Shown in pieces: positions 49,921 to 62,662 of a DNA stretch of 64,000 bases. Under the pieces are notes generated by a model that ran no database searches, was not told the DNA's origin, and was given only the letters and a program-made list of their open reading frames with translations. The stretch is taken from contig NC_043004.1 in assembly GCF_006345805.1 (NCBI RefSeq), positions 93,558,001 to 93,622,000 of the forward strand. The letters run 5' to 3'. The DNA is from Octopus sinensis. Lineage: Eukaryota. The first letter of the stretch is position 1. Each line of letters opens with the position of its first letter. The position numbers and the translations under genes were made by a program.

Positions 49921-51140
49921 AACCCTTTTATTTGAAATCTTAGAACTAATATTTTGCTGCATAATAAATGCAAAACAAAAGGCATTATTTGAGTAAAAAT
50001 ACTAGTAGTGAGAGACATCTGTTCCAAGACAAAATATCCCAAATTGATATCTCAAATCTACTTTATACACATGTGTGTGTGTGTGTGTGTGTGTAAATAT
50101 ATATGCTATGTATAGTTGTGTCACTTAGTTTAAAGTCATGAGTATACTGACCAAACTGTTAATCATCTCTGTTTATTAATTTCACTTACGGCTCAAAATA
50201 TATAATAAACATATTTTTTAAAATGCTTTTAGACAATGTATGTTTAAATACAAATGTTTAATTAGCATAATGCAATTATTGACAGCGTTATTAAACCACA
50301 AAGATAAACATCAATAATTTAGAGAACCTATTAGAAATAAATCACTTGAATTTTAGTATATTATATTATACTCTTAATAAATCAAATAATTAATAATAAC
50401 TATTTCTGTTTTCATAAAATCCTTTGTGATAGGCAAATGAAAAGGCTGATCATCAGAGACATGATCAACAATTGTTTAACTATAAGCTGAAATGTACTTT
50501 TTGAGCCACTGCTGCTTATATAATACTTATATAATATCTTCAATGAAAATACAATATACTGACATCAGGGCAACAAAAATAGAATACTGAATGGATGGAC
50601 TAATGAATTTACTGATTGTTGATGATGGACAGGAAAAATGACTGTCATCATTTTCAGATATCAAGTACAGGATGGTGTCAATTAAAGCAGTTTAGTCTTG
50701 TGAATGTGTTGCCTAGGAAACAATATTTATTTTTCTCGAAAAACTATTGTATGTAAATTGAATTAACTCAGAAGTATTAGAATTGGTTCCTGACAGACTT
50801 GTAAAATATTTTGCGTTGAAATTTAATTTGTTTGGGTTTGATAGCTATTCAACATCATACAAGAGAAGAAATTCATCCCAAGTACAAGAATTTGAAAGTT
50901 AAATACTGTGGTAGCAATGTCAGATGATACAATTCATGAGACCAACAGCATCAATAAAAGTATAGCCAATCTGGAAATCTGGGTGAGGACAACACTTCAA
51001 CATATCAAGAATCATTTGGATCAGTCATTGATTTTCATATGACAATGAGTTGATGTATATACAACTGGAATAATCAAGGAATTCTTCAAAAGTAAGAAAA
51101 TGCAAGAGCAGCAGTTGGTTACACAAGTCCTGTATGTTAA

Positions 51141-51363
51141 CCCTTTAACATTAAACCAACCATATCTGGTTCAAACATTCTACCTTTTTGATGTCCAAAC
51201 CAGGCAGATCTGGTCTTTCACATCTACCCTACAATGTCCTTCTAAAAATAAACAATCACATCACTGAAATCTTGAGTTATGCATGATTAATTCAAAACAA
51301 GGTGAATAAATAAGCATTGCACTTGATTTGACAGAATAATCTGGTAAACTGAATGCTAAAAGG
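51141..51363. mobile_element. piggyBac-type MITE, degenerate right end
   Basis: TTAA|CCCTTTAAC; internal match to the family. Confidence 0.7.
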
Positions 51364-51763
51364 TGAAATCTGATAGAAAAATTATGGTAATTGATTCGAC
51401 ATGCACACTGACATAAATGAATTGTATGATTATATCATGAAAAAAGGAAAGGAAATTTCAGGTATAATGTGATCATCAAGCCTGTAGATTCAATGCCTCA
51501 TAAATATGATTCTGCCACAAGATTTTATGTGACTTGATTTTCAGTTCACATCTACTTTAAATGTTTTTAAATTGAGTGACATTTATTTTTGTGGCCTTAT
51601 TAATACTGCCAATAATTGCATTAGGCAAATTTTTAAAATGTTTGAGATTAAAATATCATTTAAATGAATAAGAAAAATTAATAAAAACAAAACTAATTAA
51701 ATTTAATCATTTGAATACTCAGCTTTACCTTAAGTAACCTCACATGTGTGTATGTGTGTGAGC

Positions 51764-51833
<70 letters not shown>

Positions 51834-52230
51834 TGGTATGTTTGAAGGCCACATTAATGCAGTTTGAAGATTAAATATCAATATGAGAGAAAAGAAGAAT
51901 ATTAGAATGTTGCCTCGAAAATAATTAATGGCCCTGATATTTCTGATATAAACACCCTTTCAAATGTTTAAGAGGTTTAGAAAGAGAGAAAATGAAGGCC
52001 AACTGAGGGTAGCATGGCTTTGTGCAAATAGATTTCAAAATTCTGAGGATTTTATGGAAGAAAGTATGTTGACAGAAATGGACAGTCACTTTCTTTCTCC
52101 CTTACCATTTTAAATATATATAAACAAGTTGTTATACTTAAAATATCAAGGCCATTGAATATTCTTTAGCAATCCAGTACCCTTGTTCTTATTAATATCA
52201 TTAATATTTAACCTTCTAATTGCATTGCTG

Positions 52231-52232
<2 letters not shown>

Positions 52233-52272
<40 letters not shown>

Positions 52273-52293
52273 GGAGGGAGGGAGGGAGGGAGG

Positions 52294-52338
<45 letters not shown>
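52233..52338. repeat. (GA)n/(GGGA)n polypurine tract
   Basis: Read directly. Confidence 0.95.
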
Positions 52339-52360
<22 letters not shown>

Positions 52361-52439
52361 GTATTAGAATTGTAGTGAGGTGGAATTGATTAGAATTATA
52401 GAATGGGTAGGAAAGAAATTTATTGGGTGTTGTGCTACC

Positions 52440-52960
52440 ATTTTAGAGAAGTGGAAAACTTCTGGTAAGCTGAGGCCCAGGTTTGGGTTCAGACTTCCAT
52501 CACCAGATATCATTGAAACACATGTGATGTTAACCAGGAAAGAGTCTTGATCCTCATGTAACAAAGCTGTCTCATTATTTTGCTTCCTCAGAATATCTTT
52601 TCAAACAATATTTCTTCAATAAACAACAAGATGATTGTGACAAGGCAATTGAAGAATTTAGCAGTCTGAAAGAACTAAACATCCATCACAAGTAACCAAT
52701 GAAAGTAGAAGTCAGAGAAGCGATTTGATTGTTAACATTAGCATTGTTGCATCACTGAACACTAGGTTTCACAGATTTTTCTACAACACATTTCTGACAA
52801 TAATATCTGTTAACTACCCTGCCATATTTCTTTTGGCTGTAGCTAGGCCTCTCTCCGGGGTAAAAACAGAGGTTATTTTTAATGCTAGAATGAAATGTAA
52901 ATAAAACACAACGTAAGTGCCAAGTGTCTCGAATGACCAGAGAACAACTAATCAAGAAAT
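52440..52960 (+). mobile_element. Possible highly degraded LINE RT remnant
   Basis: Weak FGFR..S.DI-like motif near 52480 with many stops. Confidence 0.25.
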
Positions 52961-53228
52961 ATTACAATAGAGCCAAATGGCAAGCCCTGTACAATTCTGC
53001 TGGTATTATTCAACTTTTGGAAGTAAAGCAGAAATCCTCAGTCTCATCACTCGACCTGTAGGGAATAATAGCCAACCCCACCACAAATAACATGCTAAAG
53101 TTTTAAAAAATGGAAAGTTACATTGAATAATGCAGTTTTAGGTTTACAAAAGCCTTAGCATGGTTGTGGATAGAAATCTTGATCAGGTCTGCTTGATCAG
53201 GGTTGATTTTTGGACAAATGATAACAAT

Positions 53229-53638
53229 AGGCGCAGGTGTGGCTATAGGCGCAGGAGTGGCTGTGTGGTAAGTAGCTTGTTTACCAACCACATGGTTCTG
53301 GGTTCAGTCCCACTGCGTGGCACCTTGGGCAAGTGTCTTCTACTATAGCCTCGGGCCGACCAAAGCCTTGTGAGTGGATTTGGTAGACGGAAACTGAAAG
53401 AAGCCCGTCGTATATATGTATGCGTGTGTGTGTTTGTGTTTGTCCCCCTAGCATTGCTTGACAACCGATGCTGGTGTGTTTATATCCCCGTTACTTAGCG
53501 GTTCGGCAAAAGAGACCGATAGAATAAATACTGGGCTTACAAAAGAATAAGTCCCGGGGTCGATTTGCTCGATTAAAGGCGGTGCTCCAGCATGGCCGCA
53601 GTCAAATGACTGAAACAAGTAAAAGAGTAAAAGAGTAA
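53229..53638 (+). mobile_element. SINE family A copy with a duplicated 5' end
   Basis: AGGCGCAGGTGTGGCTAT precedes AGGCGCAGGAGTGGCT. Confidence 0.87.
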
Positions 53639-54109
53639 TAAAAGATGGAACATTCTCATTGAATCGTCCCATAAGTATGACTAATAGAGATATGTATATG
53701 GAAAACATAGAGGTGTTGTCGTTGTTAAGCCACAGGTAAATTTTAAAGCAGCAGACGTGTGATCAAAGGTGTCCAAGCCATAACGCTGAATATGTCCTTT
53801 CTTTTGTAAGACAATAGGGTGTGACTTGAGATAAAGGAAACAAGTCGAGGGACCATGGGATCACGAAATGATGGCCAACAGGTAATGCAATTCAATAACG
53901 TTTTGTGGGATCTGAAGCTCCAAAACTGACTTTTCCAGGAGCTTCCTACCTCTCCAATATATCATTTGTACAATAATGGATGCTATAGAGTAGTGTTACA
54001 ATTTGTCCCCTAATCACTGTAGGGAGGTAAGGAGGAAGAGGAAGAAGCAGAAATCACATGATTAATAAGCAGCAGTACTAATAAGACAGATGTCTGTAAA
54101 GAAAACAAT

Positions 54110-54325
54110 ATAATAATTTGCAACTTAGGCCCAAGGCTACAACTTTGGTGGGATGAAGGGTATGGTCACAGTCAATAATGTTAACCCCAGTACTAGACTG
54201 GTACTTATTTTATCGACCCAAGGAGGATGAAAGGCTAAGTTGACCATGGCAAAATGTAAAGGGTTGCAACTAAAATACTACAATGCATTTTGTTCAACGC
54301 TCTACTAATTTTGCTAATCCTTTAA
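54110..54325 (-). mobile_element. SINE family C copy
   Basis: Family match. Confidence 0.7.
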
Positions 54326-54583
54326 AATGATGAAAATAATAATTTAGCAAAGTTAGAATATATATCAGACAACCATCCAACCAACCAGCAAAATATTAAA
54401 AAAAAAAGTAAAAATTGTACACCAGCAGGGAACTACTATTTTAGAGGTTACTTAGGTTATGGCTGTAGTGGTGGTAATGGTGGTGGTGGTGGTGGTGGTA
54501 GTGGCTGATACTAAAGGTGGTCAGTACATCATAAGACACAAGTTTGGAACAAATACAAATACACACAAAGCAGTTCATAGTAC

Positions 54584-54826
54584 CTGCCCATATGACTCTT
54601 CTTTGCCGACACCACGCCCCAGGAATGTCCCCGTACCCCGAAACAGATCTTGAGACTTTCTCTGAATGCCTTCCCAGATTTGCTCATGAAATGATTGGGA
54701 TTTGATCATGCCATTGCCTTTGTAAGTGGAGCCCCGTGGTGTTGGGCTATCCTGCCAGTCTTCCAGAGTTTCCTCGGAACCAGAGAACTGGGACAACATA
54801 TCACAGTTCATCAGAACCCATTTTGC
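54584..54826 (-). CDS. Candidate alternative or lineage-specific exon of the DOCK7-like gene, 81 codons (AKWVLMNCDMLSQFSGSEETLEDWQDSPTPRGSTYKGNGMIKSQSFHEQIWEGIQRKSQDLFRGTGTFLGRGVGKEESYGQ)
   Basis: Long polypyrimidine tract then ttctag|, donor CAG|gtacta, 243 nt, open only in phase 0, GC-richer than its flanks; no homology recognised. Confidence 0.65.
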
Positions 54827-55232
54827 CTAGAATACAACAGGGAGGAGATGAAGAAGAAAAAAAAAAAAATAGAAGAGAGACTGGGGTAAACGATAAGGGC
54901 TGCATCTACCTGGCTGCAGCCACAGACTCAGTCGTCTTGTTTTACGGTAGAAAACAGACAGCCATGTGAACATTAGCAACATTGCAGTGCATCAACTGCA
55001 AGATTTTGGAAGCAACAACACTTTACACATCATATATATTACATAAAGTTGAATGATCACACATTTCAATGAAAGAACAAACCCATGACAACAGAGAGAA
55101 AACAGACCCACCCCATCTTACCCCAAAAAAGCAAAAAATTTGGTGAAAATGTCAAGTTGGAATTGACCATAAAGTCAATTTTAACTTGACTCTTTCACCA
55201 AGATAATTTTCAGATTAATTTCTAATCCTTAA

Positions 55233-55426
55233 ATCCTCAAGCATTTAAACAGGCTGTATCTGACCCGAATATTCTACCTGTTTTATGTTCAAACCAGCAA
55301 GATAGTCTAAAAATAAAACAGCCACATCATCAAAATCGTGAAGCTACAAGATAACACATAATAAATTCAAATCAATGGAAATAAATACGCATCACATTTG
55401 TCATACTAAATCAAAATGCTAAAGAG
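55233..55426. mobile_element. piggyBac-type MITE, degenerate
   Basis: TTAA at 55229 and 55427; internal match to the family. Confidence 0.7.
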
Positions 55427-55432
55427 TTAAAC

Positions 55433-55995
55433 CAGGGGTCTACAACTACCAGACCAAGGATCATTTGATACCAGGCCAGACAGAAGGAATAAATTCTAAA
55501 ATATTATTTCCTTTTTATTGATTAGTACAGTCTGCAGGGTGGTTTTTTTTCACATTATATATGTATTGCAAATGTAATATAGGTTGCTATATTTTATTCC
55601 ATAATGGCTATCTCTGAAGAGCGCAGGGTTACATAATCGGAATGCTACCTAACACTCCGCTGAACCCCTAGCACAAAACTGATTGGTAAGATCAGCTGTA
55701 ATGGATATATAATACAGTACACTGCAAGGTGGTTGGTTTAGGAAGGGCATCCAACCATAAAAACCATGCCAAAACAGTCACAGAAGTCTGGTGCATTCTC
55801 CTGCCTGCCTGACCAGCTCCTGTCAAACTATCCAACCCATGCCAGCATGGAAGGCAGACATTAAACAATGATGATGATGACGATATATATATATGTAGTA
55901 ATTATGCACATGATCCCCTGGTCTGTGGAAAAACTTTCTTGCATGAAACCAGTCCACGGGGCAAAAAAAAAAAAAAAAAAGGTTGGGAACTGCTG
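55433..55995. mobile_element. hAT (Charlie/MER1-like) non-autonomous element containing a family B fragment (55720-55881)
   Basis: Termini CAGGGGTCTACAAC / GGTTGGGAACTGCTG. Confidence 0.65.
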
Positions 55996-56237
55996 CTTTA
56001 AATCTAATTAGGAATTGTCTAAAAATCTTTGTATGTGGACATGTTTGTTATATAAACAAACTTCAGTAACTATTTTTTGTTTCATTTTCATTGATGATTT
56101 CCAGATATATGATCAAAAGTTTTGAGAGAGAATATAAGAGCATAATAAATTATGCATACCATAGTTTGGTTAGTGTATAAAGGAATATAGTTAAATTCTC
56201 TAAGGCATTTGTGATTCTGCTATCCCTCTATTCTTAA

Positions 56238-56735
56238 TAATAATGATGATCATCATCATCATTGTTTGACCGTGGTCGAGACAATGGAATTTACTATGCT
56301 ACGCTAGACTTCACGGTCCATCATGGCATTACGGAGGTCCTGTTGCTGGATGCCTGTATCCCTGGAGATTACATCAAGGTAGGAGAGTGTGCGCCCTCTG
56401 GCATTGCGAGTAGATGGCTTCCAGAGGAGGAAAGTAGAAATTACCTCTTTTTCAGCTCTATAACAATGTCCAGCAAACTGGACTCTCCTACCTTTCACAA
56501 GAGATGATACAGGTGGTAGTTTCCCATATATTTGCATTTTGGTTGGATGGCGCCTCCATGAGAGATTTTGAGCTCTCATAAGGAGGCGAGTGTAGGTTCC
56601 ATCCAACCGCCTCTCAAGCTTCTTTGATAACGTCCAGGTTTCTGAGCCATATAGTAGAATTGGTTCGACTGTGGCTTTGAAGATTTCAAGTTTGAAGTCT
56701 CTACTTAGATTTGATGACCAGATCTTATGCATGTC
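56238..56735 (-). mobile_element. RTE/RTE-X-like LINE 3' fragment with an intact 142-aa ORF2 end
   Basis: IFKATVEPILLYGSETWTL...LDGTYTRLL...FAGHCYR...LLWKP; (GAT)n tail. Confidence 0.85.
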
Positions 56736-57567
56736 ATGTCATAATGATGATGATAACTCATGGTAACGAGGCTGACAATTATAGAAATAGTAAAATAAAT
56801 AAATTCATAAACAAGCACGACATCAGAAAGTTGGAAGTGTTTTAGCTGATTGAATCAACCCCATTTCCTGATTGGAAGGATGAAAGTGAAGTAAATTTTG
56901 GAGCGGTTTGAACTCAGAACATGAAGAACCAGAACAAATGCTGCAACACATTTTGTCCAACACTATTACGATTCTGCCAACCCATTGCTCATAATAATAA
57001 TAATGATGATGATGATGATGATAATGATGATGATTATGACCCTTTCTACTATAGATAATAATTCTTTGTGTTATGATGACAATGATTATGATGATGATGA
57101 TGATGACTGCTTGGTGTTGTTGCTTCAGGAAACAGCTTGCAGGAAAGATGCAGAGCAAATGTCAGCTTGTTTAGACCTGAGTCAAGTTTTGTGTGTCTGT
57201 GTGTGTTATGTACATATATAAATATAAAGAAATATGCATATTTATGTCTTAAAAAAGAAATGTGGCTTCATTTTGTTACATGTTACAGCATGCCATAGAC
57301 ATTTAGCGAAAAGTAGGACAAAGATTTTTTAGAATATGTTATTGTTTTTTTTTTTTTTTGTTTTTTTGTTTTTTTGTTTTTTGAAGTCCAGTAGCCACAC
57401 TCTTAATATTACCAGGTTCCACAGCAAGGCAGCAACACTGGGTGAGAGGTGAAGGAAAGAAATTGGACTGCAGCGTTAATGTACTAAGCAGAAAATAAAA
57501 AAAAGAATGATAATAAAAGAAACTCAAGATCATGCAAAGGCAAGAAGTTACACACATACACATCAAT

Positions 57568-57629
57568 TATATATATATATGTGTATATATACATGTATAT
57601 ATATTATATATATATGTAATACATGTATG

Positions 57630-57681
<52 letters not shown>

Positions 57682-57701
57682 TGTATGTATATGTACAGAT
57701 A

Positions 57702-57736
<35 letters not shown>
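57568..57736. repeat. (TA)n/(TG)n compound microsatellite; similar tracts at ~16890-17003, 19515-19555, 27345-27426, 30200-30278, 51765-51830 and 63690-63723
   Basis: Read directly. Confidence 0.95.
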
Positions 57737-57737
<1 letters not shown>

Positions 57738-59299
57738 AAGAATGTAAGGAGTACAGGGAAAGACACAAAGGAAAGAATACAATCAGGAGAAAAGATTCCA
57801 TTCAGTCAACCTGCAACACATACACATGTATGCATATATAAATGAATAAACATTTAAAATGCTTCAACCAAATTATTTGACCACAAGCGCAGCCGAGAGA
57901 AGAAAAAAAATCCCAAAAAAGACAGAGGATGGATGGGTTGAAGATAGACACAGGACATGCTGAAATCATGCCAGTATGGGGAAAAAAGTGGATGTAAAAC
58001 TATACTGTTTTATAGTGCAGGAAAACATGAAATAGTCAAAAGACAACACAACCTGATACACCTCACTAAAAATATAACCAACAAATAAAATAAAAAAAAA
58101 GGGGGCAGGGGGAAAGTAAATCCCTATAAAATTATTTGATGTACTCTATTGAGCCTTATATTATTAAAAAGGATGTAGCTTTAAAAGGAAACAGAAACCT
58201 TCTAAAGAATAATTTTGTTGGTGAGTGGGAGCTATTGAGACCTTACACTGGCATGGAGGTCAACAGAGAGGTATAATTATATTAACCTCAGTGTATGGCT
58301 GGTATTTAATTCATCAACTCCAGGATTGGAAGGTAGAGTTCTATTCTGGGAGAGATGAAGGAACAAAATTACCGGTTTCAAATTTTGGCACAAGGCCAGC
58401 AATTTTTGGGGCAGGGAGAAGTTGATTACATCAACCCTAGTGCTCAAGTGATTTCTTATTTTATTGACCCCAAAACTAAAATGTGTCTAAGGCTACATGA
58501 TCCAATGTCTTCATTAAGACTATAAAATATGATTTTATGGAAATTTGGTGCCATGTCTAATGGGTTAAACAACTCATAAAAATTCTTGTCAGTGACACAA
58601 AACCTTAAAAAGATAGAGGCAAAGTCAAGTGAATCAAGCCCAGTACATAACTGGTGCTTGTATCATAGACAATGTCAAGAACATTACAGATATCAGCAAG
58701 ATCTGAATTAAGAAGGAAAAAAAAAATAGAGGGACCAAAAATTTAGACCTGCATTTTCTTGGTTTGTTTTTCCCCTGGATTTAACACTAAATATATATAC
58801 AATGCCCAACATGATATACAGCAGGGATGCATATGACTCCGATATATTACTAATGAAAAACAAATAGCTATATTGCCGAATAAATACGATATAGGATTTT
58901 TAACTGGATATATAAATGTAACATTGTGCTTTATGACATTTTAGCACTGAACAAAATATAAAGTTTGTCTACTGATGTTTTTCATTTCCAACTAAAAAAA
59001 AAGTATTATTATAGAATACTAATTGTATATCAAGGTGTATCTGGAGACATACATACCTGACCAGACACCAACAAATAAGTATGTGATAGTCTGTCCAACC
59101 TTTTGCACACTAGAGGACACACACATGACACTGCCAGAAACAATAGTCCACAAACAGGTAAGGAAAATTATACATACATGCATAATTGAAAACATGATTT
59201 TATTTCATCAAATACTGATATTACTATAAATCAATTTATCATTATTACTCCATAAGGTATGGAATATTTTTTTGCGGATTTGTTGGAAGTGAGTGGGTC

Positions 59300-59540
59300 A
59301 AATAATAATAATAATCCTTTCTACTACAGGCACAGGGCCTGAAATTTTGACAGGAAGTGGGGGGGGGGGCAGTCAATTAGATCGATCCCAGTATGCAACT
59401 AGTACTTAATTTATTGACCCTGAAAGGACGAAAAGCAATGTTGACTTTGGCAGAATTTGAACTCAGAATGTAAAGACAGACGAAATGCCACTAAGCATTT
59501 TGCCCACCGTGCTAACAATTCTACCAGCTTGCTGCTTTAA
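59300..59540 (-). mobile_element. SINE family C copy
   Basis: Family match. Confidence 0.8.
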
Positions 59541-60681
59541 TAATAATAATAATAATAATAATATAATAATAATAATACTAAGAAGAAGGAGAATATAATT
59601 TTTCCAACCATCCATGTTAGAAAATAATAATTATAATAACGACAGGTCAATAGCATCAAGTTTTCAATAAAATATGCTTCAGTATATATATACATAAGTG
59701 TGTATGTTGTATCATGCTTTTCACATGCAAACAAAGCTAAAAGGTTAATCCATGCCCAATAATTAATTTCAAAACAAATAATGACTTCAGTGTTGCAGCC
59801 ATTTTTTTTTTCTTGAAACCTTTATCAATAGATTGGTTGTATATGATATTGTTTCATATTTGTTATATTACAAACACAGGGGAAGGGAATAAAAAAAATA
59901 CAAAAAAGTGCTTTTTGTTATGTTGAAGACTTAGCTATATAATACAATATTAGAAATATTGGTTTTTATTTATCCCAATAGGTATTTTTATGCAATAATA
60001 TGCATGATGTCTGTGTGTTTGGAGTTGTTCAAGAATAAACTTTTGGCTTAATAGAGAAATAATTAGAAAGAGAATGAGTGAGTATGTGTGTGTGTGTGTG
60101 TGTGAAGTCATAAAAAGAAATAATCTTCCAAGTATGTTTTATAACAGTTACCTACAACATGATCCAAGTCAACCACCAACTGTCCATAGCAAAGTTTTAT
60201 ATCCTACTGTGTTGCATAATGCAATTAAAAATAGAATTTATTTCAAGAATTTGGTGGTCTATAAAGTTTTAATCATGAATTTTGGGAATCTCCTTCTGAA
60301 AAAAGTCATGTATCACTACTTTATATTAAAAGTTACATGATTTTTCTTTTGTTTCTAAATATTGACCCATGGCCACAGTTTTGAGGGAAGAGGATGTAAT
60401 TGATTTAATTGCCCTCCAACAATTTAACTGCAGTGAGATTTTAATTAAGCACATAAAGAGATGTAAATATAAACTGCAGAGCATTTTGTCTGGTATGCTA
60501 TCAATTCTACCAAGCCATATAAAGACACACACACACACAAAGACTTCCACATGGTTTCTGCCTCCAAAATTTCACTCAGTTCATTGATCAATCAGAAGCT
60601 ATGGTAGATGACAATCACCAAAATGCCATGTAATATCAAATGAATTCAAATTGACATAGCTGTAATGTGAATGTATTAATA

Positions 60682-60993
60682 GTCATACGTAAAAGGGCAC
60701 CATTTGAGCGTGATTGTTACCAACATCGCCTTACTGGCACCTGTGCTGGTGGCATGTGTAAAAAGATTCGAGCGAGGTCGTTGCCAGTACCGCCTGACTG
60801 GCCCCCGTGCCGGTGGCACGTAAAAAGCACCCACTACACTCTCGGAGTGGTTGGTGTTAGGAAGAGCATCCAGCTGTAGAAACTCTGCCAGATCAAGATT
60901 GGGGCCTGGTGCAGCCATCTGGTTCACCAGCCCTCGGTCAAAATCGTCCAACCCATGCTAGCATGGAAAGCGGATGTTAAACGATGAGGATGA
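60682..60993 (+). mobile_element. Family B RTE 3' UTR copy
   Basis: Shared core and tail. Confidence 0.82.
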
Positions 60994-61724
60994 CTGTATT
61001 CGAGGAAGTATCCTCGTTTTTGAGATCCTTACACTGACCTATGTTTATCTCGTGTTTCTAAAGCATCACCAGCATTGCATCATGTATACTGGTTTTAAAA
61101 TACTCTCCTTAGCTCTTAGCAAAGGAGTGCATTTTGAAACATGAGTTGACACTGATATAAACATTATATTTAACAGAGTCTGTGCAAATGTATACATAGT
61201 GTGGCAAATAGGTTAAAGAAAAATGACCACATAATTCTGAATATGTACATAACCAGAGAGAAATTTCCCATATGATTGTCTATATGAGGTGTGTGTGTGT
61301 GTGTGTGTGTGCATAAAATGAGAGAAGGAGATGAAGTGTACATGTTTTGTGCTATGCTTTAGGAGGAACTATCTTTAGTAATACCCCACCACTCTAACCT
61401 GGTTAGCCTTAATGTGTAAGTAGGAAACCTTTTGATAGAACCAGGAAGTATTTGAGAGGATTTCAAAATACCACAACAAGAATCACTTGGTGTGCAGATG
61501 TACAGCGAATGCCTCAAGTTGAAACAGGGTGTTAAGAGTCATGCTTGAAGACTGACAGAATAACCACCCGGCCCGATGTCACCCATGAAAATACAAATCT
61601 GATTAATCGGGAACATCATCACAAAGACAATACAAAAACAATCAATAATAAACTTCACAGAATCACCACAGTAGAGTTGCTGGCCTTGTTTGTATTGCAG
61701 TCATTAAGTTATTGTTTATAATCA

Positions 61725-61943
61725 TAATAATCCTCTCTACTCTGGGCACAAGGCCTGGAATTTGAAGGGAGTGGGATAGTCGATCACGTCAAACCCAGTA
61801 CCTAACTGGTACTTAATTTATCAACCCCAAAAGGATGAAAGGCAAACTCAAACTCAGTGGGATTTGAACTCTGAACGTGAAGACAGAAGAAATGCCACTA
61901 AGCATTTGGTTCATCATGCTAATGGTCCTGCCAGCTTGCCACC

Positions 61944-61945
<2 letters not shown>
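61725..61945 (-). mobile_element. SINE family C copy
   Basis: Family match. Confidence 0.8.
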
Positions 61946-61995
<50 letters not shown>

Positions 61996-62424
61996 TAACA
62001 TCATCTGTACTACTAATAATAATAATTTCTAACATAGGCACTAAGCCATGAATTTAGAGGAGAGATTTGTGAATAAAATCAATGTAGTTCTTGAGTGATG
62101 ATTTATTTTATTGACTACAAAACAAAAGGATGAAAAATAAAGTAAACTTTAACATGATTTGAATTTAAAATTGAGTCTTTTTGATTCTAACGCACTTGAA
62201 ACTGCTCCTGGTTCTATGATTCAAACTCCTAGTTTTAAAATGATCTTAAAAATGCTTCCATCAGAATTTCATGTCACTTTATGTTCAAACTCCAGCTTAA
62301 TAACGACAAAGTCATTTTCATTAACTCTGTTAGTTTCAAAATTAATTGAAACAAACAAAGGTTGTGGTATTTCAACAGAAATATTGTAACAAAAAAAAAA
62401 AAAAAGTAAAATGTATGTAACTAA

Positions 62425-62645
62425 ATAATGGCTTGAAATTTTGGCAAAAGGCCAGCAACTTCAGGCAGAAATCGATTACACTGATCCCAGTAGTCAACTG
62501 GTACTTATTTTATCGACTTTCCTCCCACAAAAGGATGAAAGGTAAAGTTGAACTTGGTGAAATTTGAACTCAGTATGTAAAGACAGACGAAATACTGTTA
62601 AGCATTTTGCCTGGCATGGTAATGATTCTGCCAGCTCACCACCTT
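62425..62645 (-). mobile_element. SINE family C copy
   Basis: Family match; further partial copies at ~56820, ~58370 and ~63420. Confidence 0.8.
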
Positions 62646-62662
62646 TATGTAACTAAATATTA

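Noticed and set aside
54800-54826. AKWVLMNCD resembles DOCK7 LLWVLKNAD
   Set aside because: The similarity does not extend downstream and is too short to establish homology; noted for a proper alignment test.
57507-57845. ORFs rich in IY/YI, and poly-H/D/I/L or RE ORFs elsewhere
   Set aside because: Translations of (TA)n, (CAT)n, (TAA)n and (GA)n microsatellites.
62234-62290. LEFEHK segment as the missing FEYK exon
   Set aside because: The upstream residues do not resemble the conserved LLDLL.LCVSC segment, and the donor is weak.
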